A program made the translations under genes and the position numbers. A stretch of DNA of 64,000 bases, from NCBI GenBank assembly GCA_003331605.1, contig QOPD01000001.1, positions 19,936-83,935 of the forward strand. Direction: 5' to 3'. Of this stretch, positions 1-10,838 are shown piece by piece. Below the pieces are notes generated by a model. It was not told the DNA's origin. It saw nothing but the letters and a program-made list of their open reading frames with translations, and made no database searches. Every line of letters starts with the position of its first letter. The stretch's first letter is position 1. This stretch comes from SAR86 cluster bacterium. GTDB taxonomy: Bacteria; Pseudomonadota; Gammaproteobacteria; Magnimaribacterales; TMED112.

Positions 1-19
1 TGAAATTATAATAGCTAAT

Positions 20-1258
20 TCAAATATTTGTATCCAATAGGCTCTTTAACAGCTGTTCTTGAAGTCCATTAAAGGTTTTGTTGCTACACATTAAGAATAT
101 TCTTTTTTTATCTGTATGCTCAGTTAATGTGTTTAGGTTCTCTAATGTAAGCTCTATACAATTATCAAAGTACTCTTTTTGTTTGAGTGTTGGATTGATT
201 AAGTAGGTTTTTGCTCGCTGAAAAATTTCCTTGAGTCTCGAATCATGATAACCGCTCTTCATTGTGTTGGAGCCAATCTCAACAATTAAATACACTTCTT
301 TTCCTAAAGATAATGCCTTGTCCAATGTTTTTTCTATTGCTGTTGGATGGTGAGCAAAATCATTGACCACTACAAACTTTTCGCTCACAAAAAGATATTC
401 AAATCTACGCTTTACTCCAGAAAAACCTTTCAGTAAGTGATCTGGGTTTTTAATCCCAGAGATTTCTAACAATACGGCTTTAGCAAGATTTATATTAAGA
501 GCATCTAGATCATCCTCTATTGCATCAAATAATTTCACTTTACATGCAATGGTTGAGCTGTCTTCTAACAGTTCAAGAAAATTCTTTCTTACTCCAGATC
601 TGGATATTAAAGCAGTTGAATCGTGTTCTAAAGACTCCAATAGCTTTAAAAATTGATCCTCAATTTCTTCAATACTTGAGTAGATATCGCCATGATCAAA
701 TTCAATGTTATTTATAAGAAGAATATTGGGCTTGTAATGAAAAAATTTTGGTCGTTTGTCAAAATAAGCTGAATCGTACTCATCTGCCTCAATTACAAAA
801 TGTTCACCAGAGCTTATGCACCATGAATTTAGATCCCCATTGGGCACACCGGCAATCAAATAACTTGGATCCAAGGCTGCATTAGTTAATGCATGAGCTA
901 TTAATGTGGTCACTGAAGTTTTCCCATGGGTACCACTAACTGCAATAACTTTTTTATTGGCTAATACATTTTGAAAAAGCCAATCTGGTGATGATTGAAT
1001 ACTTTTTCCTCTATTTAGAATCTCCTGCATTAGTTCATTATTCTTGGAGATAACATTCCCAACAATGTAAATGTCTGCTTCGGAGAAATTTGACTTTACA
1101 AAGCCCTCCTTAAATTTAACTTCGGCATTTTTTAGCTTCTCTGACATTGGAGGGTAAACTTTGTCATCTACGCCTATGACATCATGACCAAGTTCCTTAG
1201 CCATTAATGCAATATTGCCCATCAATGTCCCAGAAATTCCAAGAAAAAAAACCTTCAT
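20..1258 (-). CDS. mpl: UDP-N-acetylmuramate:L-alanyl-gamma-D-glutamyl-meso-DAP ligase (murein peptide ligase)
   Basis: 412-aa ORF with the Mur-ligase P-loop GTHGKTS. The N-terminus MKVFFLGISGTLMGNIALMAKELGHDVIGVDDKVYPPMS follows the E. coli Mpl pattern (recalled) rather than MurC. Confidence 0.85.
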   Translation of the reverse strand: MKVFFLGISGTLMGNIALMAKELGHDVIGVDDKVYPPMSEKLKNAEVKFKEGFVKSNFSEADIYIVGNVISKNNELMQEILNRGKSIQSSPDWLFQNVLANKKVIAVSGTHGKTSVTTLIAHALTNAALDPSYLIAGVPNGDLNSWCISSGEHFVIEADEYDSAYFDKRPKFFHYKPNILLINNIEFDHGDIYSSIEEIEDQFLKLLESLEHDSTALISRSGVRKNFLELLEDSSTIACKVKLFDAIEDDLDALNINLAKAVLLEISGIKNPDHLLKGFSGVKRRFEYLFVSEKFVVVNDFAHHPTAIEKTLDKALSLGKEVYLIVEIGSNTMKSGYHDSRLKEIFQRAKTYLINPTLKQKEYFDNCIELTLENLNTLTEHTDKKRIFLMCSNKTFNGLQEQLLKSLLDTNI

Positions 1259-1296
1259 ACTTTTAGTAATTTTAATTGGAGTATATGATATCTGTC

Positions 1297-2517
1297 ATGA
1301 AAAATGCATTTTACGCACAATCTGGAGGGGTTACATCTGTAATAAATTCTTCAGCGTATGGAGTCATCTCAGAGTTGCAAGCTAGAGATGCTTCAATCAA
1401 TATTTTTGCTTCCCAAAATGGGATAGTTGGGCTTTTAGAAGATAAGTTGTATGACTTAGGCAAGACAAAAAAATCCCTAGAGCTTCTTAAAGATTCGCCT
1501 GCTGGAATGTTTGGCTCCTGTCGCTATAAACTTCCTGCCCTTACAGAAAAGCCTTTTTATGAAAACCTATTCCAAAAACTAGATCAAAAATCAATTAAAT
1601 ATTTCTTTTATAATGGGGGCAATGATTCGGCTGATACTTGCCTAAAAGTTTCGCAAGCTGCAAAAGATTTTGGGTATGAGCTTTACGCCGTTGCTGTGCC
1701 AAAAACCATTGATAACGACCTAGCTGTAACTGATAATTGTCCTGGTTTTGGCTCTGTTGCAAAATACATTGCAACTTCTGCTAAAGAAGCCTCTCTAGAC
1801 ATTAAGTCTATGTGTAAAACTTCGACCAAAGTTTTTATTCTTGAAGTCATGGGCAGGCATGCTGGATGGATTGCTGCTTCAGCTGAACTCGCAAATGACT
1901 CAAACAATACATATGTTCATAAAATTCTGCTGCCAGAAGTCTCATTTGATGAATCAAAATTCTTAGCTGGTGTTGAAGAGGATGTTAAGAATTATGGATA
2001 CTCTGTAGTGGTGGCATCAGAGGGTCTAAAAGATAAGAATGGAGAAATTTATTCAGCATCAAGTGAAAAAGATTCCTTTGGCCATAGTCAATTAGGTGGG
2101 CTAGCTCCAAAAATTGCAAACTTAGTTAGCAATAATCTAAACCTTAAGTATCATTGGTCTGTTTCAGACTACCTACAAAGAAGTGCTCGACATCTAGCTT
2201 CCAAGACAGATCTTGAGCAAGCGGTTGCTGTGGGCAAAAGAGCTGTTGAGTTTGCCTTATCGGAAAAGTCTGGGATTATGCCAGTAATTCAAAGAGTATC
2301 AGAAGATCCATATCAATGGTCTATAAGTGAAGGCGACCTTAAAGATATTGCCAATGAGGAAAAAGTTTTACCAAATGATTACATATCAGATTGTGGGTTT
2401 AGAATTACTCCAAAAGGAGTAAATTATTTGAATCCTTTAATACAAGGAGAAGATTATCCAAGGTATGATAATGGCGTGCCCGCTTATGAGCAGCTGGATC
2501 TTCATTTAGCGGACTGA
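1297..2517 (+). CDS. pfp: Pyrophosphate-dependent 6-phosphofructokinase (PfkA family)
   Basis: PfkA-family motifs MGRHAGWIA and PKTIDND. The phosphoryl-donor positions read GGNDS and PKTIDND (Asp and Lys at the E. coli G104/G124 equivalents), which is the PPi type. Start moved from TTG 1276 to ATG 1297 (MKNAFYAQSGG) by family N-terminus; ATG 1285 is also possible. Confidence 0.8.
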   Translation: MKNAFYAQSGGVTSVINSSAYGVISELQARDASINIFASQNGIVGLLEDKLYDLGKTKKSLELLKDSPAGMFGSCRYKLPALTEKPFYENLFQKLDQKSIKYFFYNGGNDSADTCLKVSQAAKDFGYELYAVAVPKTIDNDLAVTDNCPGFGSVAKYIATSAKEASLDIKSMCKTSTKVFILEVMGRHAGWIAASAELANDSNNTYVHKILLPEVSFDESKFLAGVEEDVKNYGYSVVVASEGLKDKNGEIYSASSEKDSFGHSQLGGLAPKIANLVSNNLNLKYHWSVSDYLQRSARHLASKTDLEQAVAVGKRAVEFALSEKSGIMPVIQRVSEDPYQWSISEGDLKDIANEEKVLPNDYISDCGFRITPKGVNYLNPLIQGEDYPRYDNGVPAYEQLDLHLAD

Positions 2518-2979
2518 ATGATTTAAATGATTTACTTTAGACTTAAGGCATTGGATTAAATCTTCAATTTCTTCTTCGTTTAAAAAGCTTCCTATGGGGA
2601 GCTTTTCTTTTTTATGCATTAGAAATACTTTCTTGGTTTGATCTTTTTCAACAATAAACTTTGAATGGAATCTTGAATATTTCTTTAACTCAGTTTTCCT
2701 ATAAGAATTACTTAGATAAACATATAACTTATCTATAGCGATAGTTTGTGTTTGCTCAACCCAGGATCTATTGATGCGCAACACTATAAATAGTGCCAGA
2801 ATTTCTAGCCCTGCAAAAGGCAAAATCATAACAGCTCCCACAAAAAAGAAACCAATTCCAAAAGTGATACATAGCAATGCAAGTAAGCCAAAAAAAACTA
2901 TGTTGTTTGTAACTGTGGAGGAATTGTTTGGTTTAAGAGTAATGCTTAATTTATCTCCATGTTCCTTGGTACTTATCAT
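2506..2979 (-). CDS. DUF2244-like two-TM membrane protein
   Basis: 157 aa with two adjacent TM helices (IVFFGLLALLCITFGIGFFFVGAVMILPFAGLEILALFIVL) followed by a soluble tail. This matches the DUF2244 layout as I recall it. No function can be inferred. Confidence 0.5.
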   Translation of the reverse strand: MISTKEHGDKLSITLKPNNSSTVTNNIVFFGLLALLCITFGIGFFFVGAVMILPFAGLEILALFIVLRINRSWVEQTQTIAIDKLYVYLSNSYRKTELKKYSRFHSKFIVEKDQTKKVFLMHKKEKLPIGSFLNEEEIEDLIQCLKSKVNHLNHSVR

Positions 2980-3114
2980 TATTGTTATTTATTGGGTCAT
3001 TTGATAAATAGCCAATATTCCTAATTATCTTGCAACTTAAATCACCCTCTAAAGATATTACTTTTAATTGTGCAGATGAAACTTATATATGAGAATACAA
3101 TCTAAATTTTGCGT

Positions 3115-4440
3115 ATGAAAAAATATTTAATAACAATTTGTGCTTTTCTGACACTCTCACTGCACAGTGATGATTTATTATCAATTTACCAAGAGGCACT
3201 AGAAAAGGATCCTAACTATAACTTAAACAAGGCTGACCTCGATATAAGTGGAGAGTTTCTAAAGCAGGCCAGATCAGGACTGGGGCCCAGACTTTCACTC
3301 TCCGGTGGAACCAATTGGAATGAGTACTACCAGGAAAGAGTTCTTCAAAATGACTACAACACTTTTTCATATAACTTAAATTTATCTCAACCTTTATTTA
3401 GGTTGGATGCCTGGTTTAACTCAAGGAGAGCAAAGCAGAACATGGATGCAGCCGAAGCAAGGTTTGCTTATCAACAACAAGATTTAATTATTAGAGTTAC
3501 TGGAGCTTATTTTAATATTTTATCTGCAAGAGCGAGGCTTAAAACTGCCTCTGCAACAGAAAAAGCTTTAGAAAACCAATACCAACAAGTTCAAGAACGC
3601 TTCAATGTAGGGTCTGCTTCAAGAATAGAATTGGCTGAAGCAAAAGCTGCTTTTAATCGTGCAACTTCAGACAGAGTGCTTGCTGAAGGCAACCTTGATA
3701 TAAGCTTTGAGGAATTAAATTCTATTGTTGGTAGAAAAGTATCTCTAATTGCACCCCTTTCGGATAAGGTGACTTTTGACTTACCAACAGCATCAATTAA
3801 TGCTGAAGTAGAGTCTGGGTTGGAAAATAATTTTTTAATTGTTGAGGCTAAAAAAAGGGTTAAAGCAGCAGAAGCAAATACAGCAGCACGAACAGCAAAC
3901 TTTTTACCCAAAATAGATGCTAGTGCCAACGCCAATCGAAGAACCTCTAAGCAATATACCTTTGATGGCATTGATTCAGACATTGGTATACCATTTAGAA
4001 TTCCTCAGGAAACTGAAAATAGAAGCTTCTCTATTCAATTTTCATTACCATTGTTTACATCGGGCTTAAATTCATCGCAAAGAAGACAGGCGCTTCTAGA
4101 AGAAGTTAAAACCGAAGAACGATTGGTATTGGTTGAAAGGAGCATCATTCAACAAATTCGCTCTCTCTATTCTGCATTAGAAACTTCCAAGCTTAATGTT
4201 GAATCTTTAACTGCATCTGAGCAAAGTTCAAAAGATGCACTGGAAGCAACAAGGCTAGGCTATGAATTAAGCAGTAGAAATTTGATTGATCTTCTGCAAG
4301 CAGAACGTACCTATGCCGATGTTCAGAATAGATTGGCCCAAGCAAAATATGCATTTCTTCTTACCTCTCTGCAATACAAACAAGCAATTGGTACCCTAAA
4401 GCCAGAAGATCTCGTTGAGCTAAATAAATTCCTTGATTAG
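3115..4440 (+). CDS. tolC: Outer-membrane efflux channel, TolC family
   Basis: About 441 aa with signal peptide MKKYLITICAFLTLSLHS. The LLSIYQEALEKDPNYN start and two coiled-coil/beta repeat halves are typical of TolC/OEP proteins. Start taken at ATG 3115. Confidence 0.8.
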   Translation: MKKYLITICAFLTLSLHSDDLLSIYQEALEKDPNYNLNKADLDISGEFLKQARSGLGPRLSLSGGTNWNEYYQERVLQNDYNTFSYNLNLSQPLFRLDAWFNSRRAKQNMDAAEARFAYQQQDLIIRVTGAYFNILSARARLKTASATEKALENQYQQVQERFNVGSASRIELAEAKAAFNRATSDRVLAEGNLDISFEELNSIVGRKVSLIAPLSDKVTFDLPTASINAEVESGLENNFLIVEAKKRVKAAEANTAARTANFLPKIDASANANRRTSKQYTFDGIDSDIGIPFRIPQETENRSFSIQFSLPLFTSGLNSSQRRQALLEEVKTEERLVLVERSIIQQIRSLYSALETSKLNVESLTASEQSSKDALEATRLGYELSSRNLIDLLQAERTYADVQNRLAQAKYAFLLTSLQYKQAIGTLKPEDLVELNKFLD

Positions 4441-5252
4441 TGCCAGAACTTCCAGAAGTTGAAACGACCAAAAGAGGTGTTGAGCCTTACCTTTTAAACA
4501 ATCGAATTACGAAGTGTTGGCATAGTGGCTTGTCTCTCAGAGTGCCTTTTGACAGCTCAAAATTTTATCTTATTAAAAACGACTTAATTACAGGTATCGA
4601 AAGAATTGCAAAATATATTGTCCTAAATTTTGAAAGTAAGAATAGGCTCGTCATTCATTTAGGCATGACCGGCAACCTAAGAGTCAGCAAATTTTTAAAA
4701 AAGGTAAAACACGATCACATTGTTATGAACCTTGAAAATGGAAATTACCTAATTTATAACGATCCAAGAAGATTTGGTCTAGTTTCAATACTAGCCAATG
4801 AAGAGCAGTTTGCTATGTTGGATAACAATGCCGATGATCCATTCAGCGCAAAGATGACTCCAAAGTTATTGCTTTCTAAGATAGAAAATAAGAATACTAC
4901 AATTAAAGCTATATTGTTAAACAATAAAATTATCTCTGGAATAGGTAATATTTATGCTTGTGAAGTGCTATTTAGGTCTGGCATATCGCCATTTACGCTT
5001 GGCAAAGACATTGATTTGGAGCAGTGCAAAAAAATATTAAAAAATGCCAAAAAAATTCTTAATAGTGCGATTAAATCTGGGGGCACAACTTTAAAAGATT
5101 ATTTTAATGCAGAGGCTAAGCCCGGTTACTTCAAAATTAAACTTAAGGTTTACGATAGAGAGGGAGAAGAATGTGCTGCTTGCAAAAGTTTGATTGCTAG
5201 AAGCATTCAAAATAATCGAAGCACCTTCCATTGCCTTAACTGCCAGAATTAA
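4440..5252 (+). CDS. mutM: Formamidopyrimidine-DNA glycosylase
   Basis: N-terminus (M)PELPEVET with catalytic Pro2, and a C-terminal zinc finger C..C...C..C (CAACKSL...FHCLNCQ). The GTG start overlaps the tolC TAG stop by 1 nt. Confidence 0.9.
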   Translation: MPELPEVETTKRGVEPYLLNNRITKCWHSGLSLRVPFDSSKFYLIKNDLITGIERIAKYIVLNFESKNRLVIHLGMTGNLRVSKFLKKVKHDHIVMNLENGNYLIYNDPRRFGLVSILANEEQFAMLDNNADDPFSAKMTPKLLLSKIENKNTTIKAILLNNKIISGIGNIYACEVLFRSGISPFTLGKDIDLEQCKKILKNAKKILNSAIKSGGTTLKDYFNAEAKPGYFKIKLKVYDREGEECAACKSLIARSIQNNRSTFHCLNCQN

Positions 5253-5739
5253 TTCTATTTTTTAATGCCCGTTTCACTACTGGATCAACAAACTTCCCTA
5301 TCTTTCCTTGATAAGAAGCTATTTCTTTTACCATAGATGAAGATACAAAAGTTAGCTTATCATCGGCAGCAAAAAATACCGTTTCAATATCTTTGTTTTG
5401 CGATCTATTAATTCCTGCAATTTGAAATTCATATTCAAAATCTGACATAGCCCTCAGCCCTCTGATGATTGCTGAAGCATTAATCTCTCTTGCTAATTCA
5501 ACAGCGAGTTTTGACTCTAATGCAATACATTGGACTTTTGGTGTGCTTTGATAGATATCACTAATTAACTTTTGCCTTTCATCTAGACTAAATAACATGT
5601 CTTTTGAACTATTTTTCATTACAGCAACAACAACCTTATCAAAGACGTTAAGCGCCTTCTTAATAATATCCATATGCCCTTTTGTGATTGGATCAAATGA
5701 GCCTGGATATAATCCAATCTTTGATAATTTTTTGCTCAT
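5236..5739 (-). CDS. coaD: Phosphopantetheine adenylyltransferase
   Basis: 167 aa with the YPGSFDPITKGHMDII nucleotidyltransferase motif. ATGA overlap with the oxyR stop. Confidence 0.9.
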   Translation of the reverse strand: MSKKLSKIGLYPGSFDPITKGHMDIIKKALNVFDKVVVAVMKNSSKDMLFSLDERQKLISDIYQSTPKVQCIALESKLAVELAREINASAIIRGLRAMSDFEYEFQIAGINRSQNKDIETVFFAADDKLTFVSSSMVKEIASYQGKIGKFVDPVVKRALKNRINSGS

Positions 5740-6644
5740 GAATTCATACTAAGGGATTTAGCTAGCGATGTGGTAAATTCCTCTTTTAAAATTTCCATAT
5801 TTTTTATATTCGGATACGCTGGGCGAATGATTATTGCAATCTCGCGATGTGGCCCAGGGTCATCCAAAGGTAAAGCTTTAAGCATTTTTCTAGGCTTGAT
5901 TAACTGATTTAATGCGATCTGGGGTACAAGTGTTGATCCCATTTTGCCTGCAACCAATTCAATCAAAGTAGATAGATTTGATGCTTTTACTTGGTACTTA
6001 TTTTGTTGTTTGATGTTGCATGCCGCTAGAGCATGCTCTTTCAAACAATGGCCTTCCTCCAATAACATCAGATTTGCTTTCTTTATATCATCGGAGCCAA
6101 TTTGTTTTGCATTATCAATTAAATTGTCATTATGCGTGACCCAGAAGAACTCTTCACTCCAAAATTTGAAGCTCAGCAAGCCCTTTATATCGTAAGGTAA
6201 AGCAATTATTGCCATATCAATTTCACCTTCTTTTACTTTTTCCAATATTTCATTGGACTTGCCTTCAATGATATTAAGACTTATGTCGGGATATTTTTTG
6301 TTGAGGTGAGGCAAAACAATGGGCAATAGGTAGGGGCCAATGGTTGGAATGATGCCCAGTGATATGTCATTGGTGCCAAGTCCACTTAAGGTATTGGAAA
6401 TTTTTTCCAAATCATCGTATTGGATTTTAATGGCTTTAAGCTTTTCAAGAATGATCTCGCCTTTTTTTGTGATGAGAACTTTTTTATTGTCTCTTTCGAA
6501 TACTTGAATATTTAAATATTTTTCAAGCTGAACTATGCCATTGCTAAGGGTTGAGGGTGAAACAAAGCAACTGTCGGCAGCTTTTTTAAAATTTTTATGT
6601 TTAGCTACTGATAATGCGTACTTTATTTGCTGATGCGATATCAT
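5736..6644 (-). CDS. oxyR: LysR-family peroxide sensor OxyR
   Basis: LysR HTH N-terminus. EEGHCLKEHALAAC carries two Cys spaced like E. coli OxyR C199/C208. The gene is divergent from katG. Confidence 0.8.
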   Translation of the reverse strand: MISHQQIKYALSVAKHKNFKKAADSCFVSPSTLSNGIVQLEKYLNIQVFERDNKKVLITKKGEIILEKLKAIKIQYDDLEKISNTLSGLGTNDISLGIIPTIGPYLLPIVLPHLNKKYPDISLNIIEGKSNEILEKVKEGEIDMAIIALPYDIKGLLSFKFWSEEFFWVTHNDNLIDNAKQIGSDDIKKANLMLLEEGHCLKEHALAACNIKQQNKYQVKASNLSTLIELVAGKMGSTLVPQIALNQLIKPRKMLKALPLDDPGPHREIAIIIRPAYPNIKNMEILKEEFTTSLAKSLSMNS

Positions 6645-6679
6645 GTTCTATTTTTTCGAATATAAAATACAATAATATC

Positions 6680-8879
<2,200 letters not shown>

Positions 8880-8897
8880 AGCTTCGCATCTTTGAAT

Positions 8898-8925
8898 AAA
8901 GGCTCCGCAAGGAGCCTTTTTATTA
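8898..8925 (+). terminator. Rho-independent terminator of katG
   Basis: AAAGGCTCC-GCAA-GGAGCCTTT stem-loop followed by TTATT, 19 nt after the katG stop. Confidence 0.75.
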
Positions 8926-8955
8926 ACAATAAAAAAAATATAAAATACAAAAATA

Positions 8956-9426
8956 ATGTTTCTAAAAAAAGCAACCTTTTTTCTTATAGCTATATCGTTG
9001 TTTGCAAATAATTTAATTGGACAAGAGAACGAGCCTACAAAAGATTTATTTTTATTGGTACATAAAACTCCGTCTTGCGGGTGTTGCAAGGAATGGGTTA
9101 AGCATTCGGAAAATCATGGGTTTGTTACCTATACAAAAGATTATCAGTCTCTGAATGACATTAAGAAAAAGTATAATATAAAAAGAGAATTTCAGTCATG
9201 CCATACTACTGTTTCCTCCACTGGTTATGTTTTTGAAGGACATATCCCCGCGAAGTTTATTGAAAAATTTCTTTCTGAAAACCATCCAAATGCAATTGGT
9301 TTAACCGTACCGGGCATGCCATTGGGATCGCCTGGAATGGAGTTTGACAATAGATTTATGCCTTATGAGATTTTGATCATGTATTCAGATGGCAGCAGTA
9401 AAGTTTATGCTGAGATAAGAGAATAA
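8956..9426 (+). CDS. DUF411 (CopG-like) periplasmic metal-binding protein
   Basis: Signal peptide, a CGCC motif (TPSCGCCKEW), then SCHTT...GH..., which is the typical DUF411 pattern. Confidence 0.6.
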   Translation: MFLKKATFFLIAISLFANNLIGQENEPTKDLFLLVHKTPSCGCCKEWVKHSENHGFVTYTKDYQSLNDIKKKYNIKREFQSCHTTVSSTGYVFEGHIPAKFIEKFLSENHPNAIGLTVPGMPLGSPGMEFDNRFMPYEILIMYSDGSSKVYAEIRE

Positions 9427-9429
9427 TTT

Positions 9430-10698
9430 CTATATTCTTCTCTTAAGTTGGAAGGTTCTTTTGTATGTCATATTTCGCCACAACCATTCCAAAGGCCCTG
9501 CCTGATATCTTTTAAGCCAATATCCTGAGAAATAAATTTGAAATACCCATATAGCAAGCACAACGAGGTATAAGTTTGCACGACTTAGCTCATTAACCAA
9601 ACCAAATCCAGCACCGGTAAATAGCACCATACAAATAATTGAATTCAGAATGTAATTAGTTAGAGCCATTCTTCCAACATTCTGCAATTTTTGCCTTATA
9701 ACTTTAAAAACATCTGCTTTAATAACGATATTAATCACAGAGATGTATCCCAGCGCCATCCCCAACCTGCCAAGATCGTAGGAGGATAAAAACACCCTTG
9801 AATAACGATAGTCAAAACCTGATGAAGTAAATAAATACAGCTCAATAAAGTTTACGGATAACCCAATTGCAAAACTAATAAATGCTAACTTTTTATAGAA
9901 AGATAAATTTCGTTCACCTTGAAGGATCCCCAATTTAAACAATGCCATGCCTAGGATCATCATTAAAAAAATATCCCAGAGATAAAAAGGCAGAGAATAA
10001 ATCACTATGTTCTTACGCTCAGCGTTCCATTCAAAAACTTCTGCATAAGTGCCTCTTCTTTGTGAAACTTCAGCATCTATCTCTGCTTCATTTGGCTGAT
10101 AATTTACTCTAAATTCATCCCAAGCTTCAGCCCATAATATTTTCTCTTCTGTTATTTCTGTTTTTTCAGATGAGTTCACCTCTATATATGCATCTTTTGA
10201 ATAAGTAATTACCTCTTTGCCAAGATAATTTAGAAATGCAGTGAAACATAAAATAGCAACTGCTATTTTTAGCAGCGTCTTGCCCGTCAAGTTTCTCAAA
10301 TAATATAAGATATAGCCGGCAACCGCGTAGGTAATCAATATATCGCCATACCACAGTAAAAAATATGCATCAATGATACCAAAACACAGTAAAAAAAGGT
10401 TTCTTCTTAAAAATAGTTTTTGATCCTCTTTTGATTTATTGGTACAGAACAGTACAATCCCAGCACCAAAAAGAATGGAAAAAATGCCACGCATAGCACC
10501 TTCAGCTGTTACTTCAATGACGCCCCATATGGCCCAATCTATAGTAAATGAGTTGGGTAGATCCAATGAAGGGTTGATGTAAGATTGAGATACCAATCCA
10601 AAAGCGATGATGTTAAGTAATAAGATTCCCAGTAAAGAAAATCCTCTAACAACATCAAGCACCTCAATTCTTTTAGATTCAGTAACAGGAAATTGCAT
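9430..10698 (-). CDS. DUF418 (YeiB-like) polytopic membrane protein
   Basis: 422 aa with about 10 TM segments and the C-terminal GPLEWLWR motif characteristic of DUF418/YeiB. Confidence 0.65.
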   Translation of the reverse strand: MQFPVTESKRIEVLDVVRGFSLLGILLLNIIAFGLVSQSYINPSLDLPNSFTIDWAIWGVIEVTAEGAMRGIFSILFGAGIVLFCTNKSKEDQKLFLRRNLFLLCFGIIDAYFLLWYGDILITYAVAGYILYYLRNLTGKTLLKIAVAILCFTAFLNYLGKEVITYSKDAYIEVNSSEKTEITEEKILWAEAWDEFRVNYQPNEAEIDAEVSQRRGTYAEVFEWNAERKNIVIYSLPFYLWDIFLMMILGMALFKLGILQGERNLSFYKKLAFISFAIGLSVNFIELYLFTSSGFDYRYSRVFLSSYDLGRLGMALGYISVINIVIKADVFKVIRQKLQNVGRMALTNYILNSIICMVLFTGAGFGLVNELSRANLYLVVLAIWVFQIYFSGYWLKRYQAGPLEWLWRNMTYKRTFQLKRRI

Positions 10699-10733
10699 AG
10701 AAAAAATAATACCACATAGAAATTATTTGATAT

Positions 10734-10810
10734 TGGTGGGCCCGCCAGGACTCGAACCTGGGACCAATAGATTATGAGTCCACTGCTCTAACCAACTGAG
10801 CTACAGGCCC
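10734..10810 (-). tRNA. tRNA with anticodon CAU, probably tRNA-Ile2 (lysidine type); elongator Met not excluded
   Basis: The reverse complement GGGCCTGTAGCTCAGTTGGTTAGAGCAGTGGACTCATAATCTATTGGTCCCAGGTTCGAGTCCTGGCGGGCCCACCA folds as a 77-nt cloverleaf with an encoded CCA. The C4-G69/C5-G68 acceptor pairs match E. coli ileX rather than metT, and the position just downstream of rpoD matches E. coli ileX. Confidence 0.9.
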
Positions 10811-10838
10811 AAAGATGAAAATTGTAAAGTATTTTTAC

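Noticed and set aside
3591-3983. 130-aa minus-strand ORF inside tolC, plus similar 60-110-aa ORFs inside katG, purH, acs, tkt, polA, ybeZ and others
   Set aside because: All lie fully within, and antisense or out of frame to, confidently identified genes. Their translations are low-complexity with no recognisable domains.
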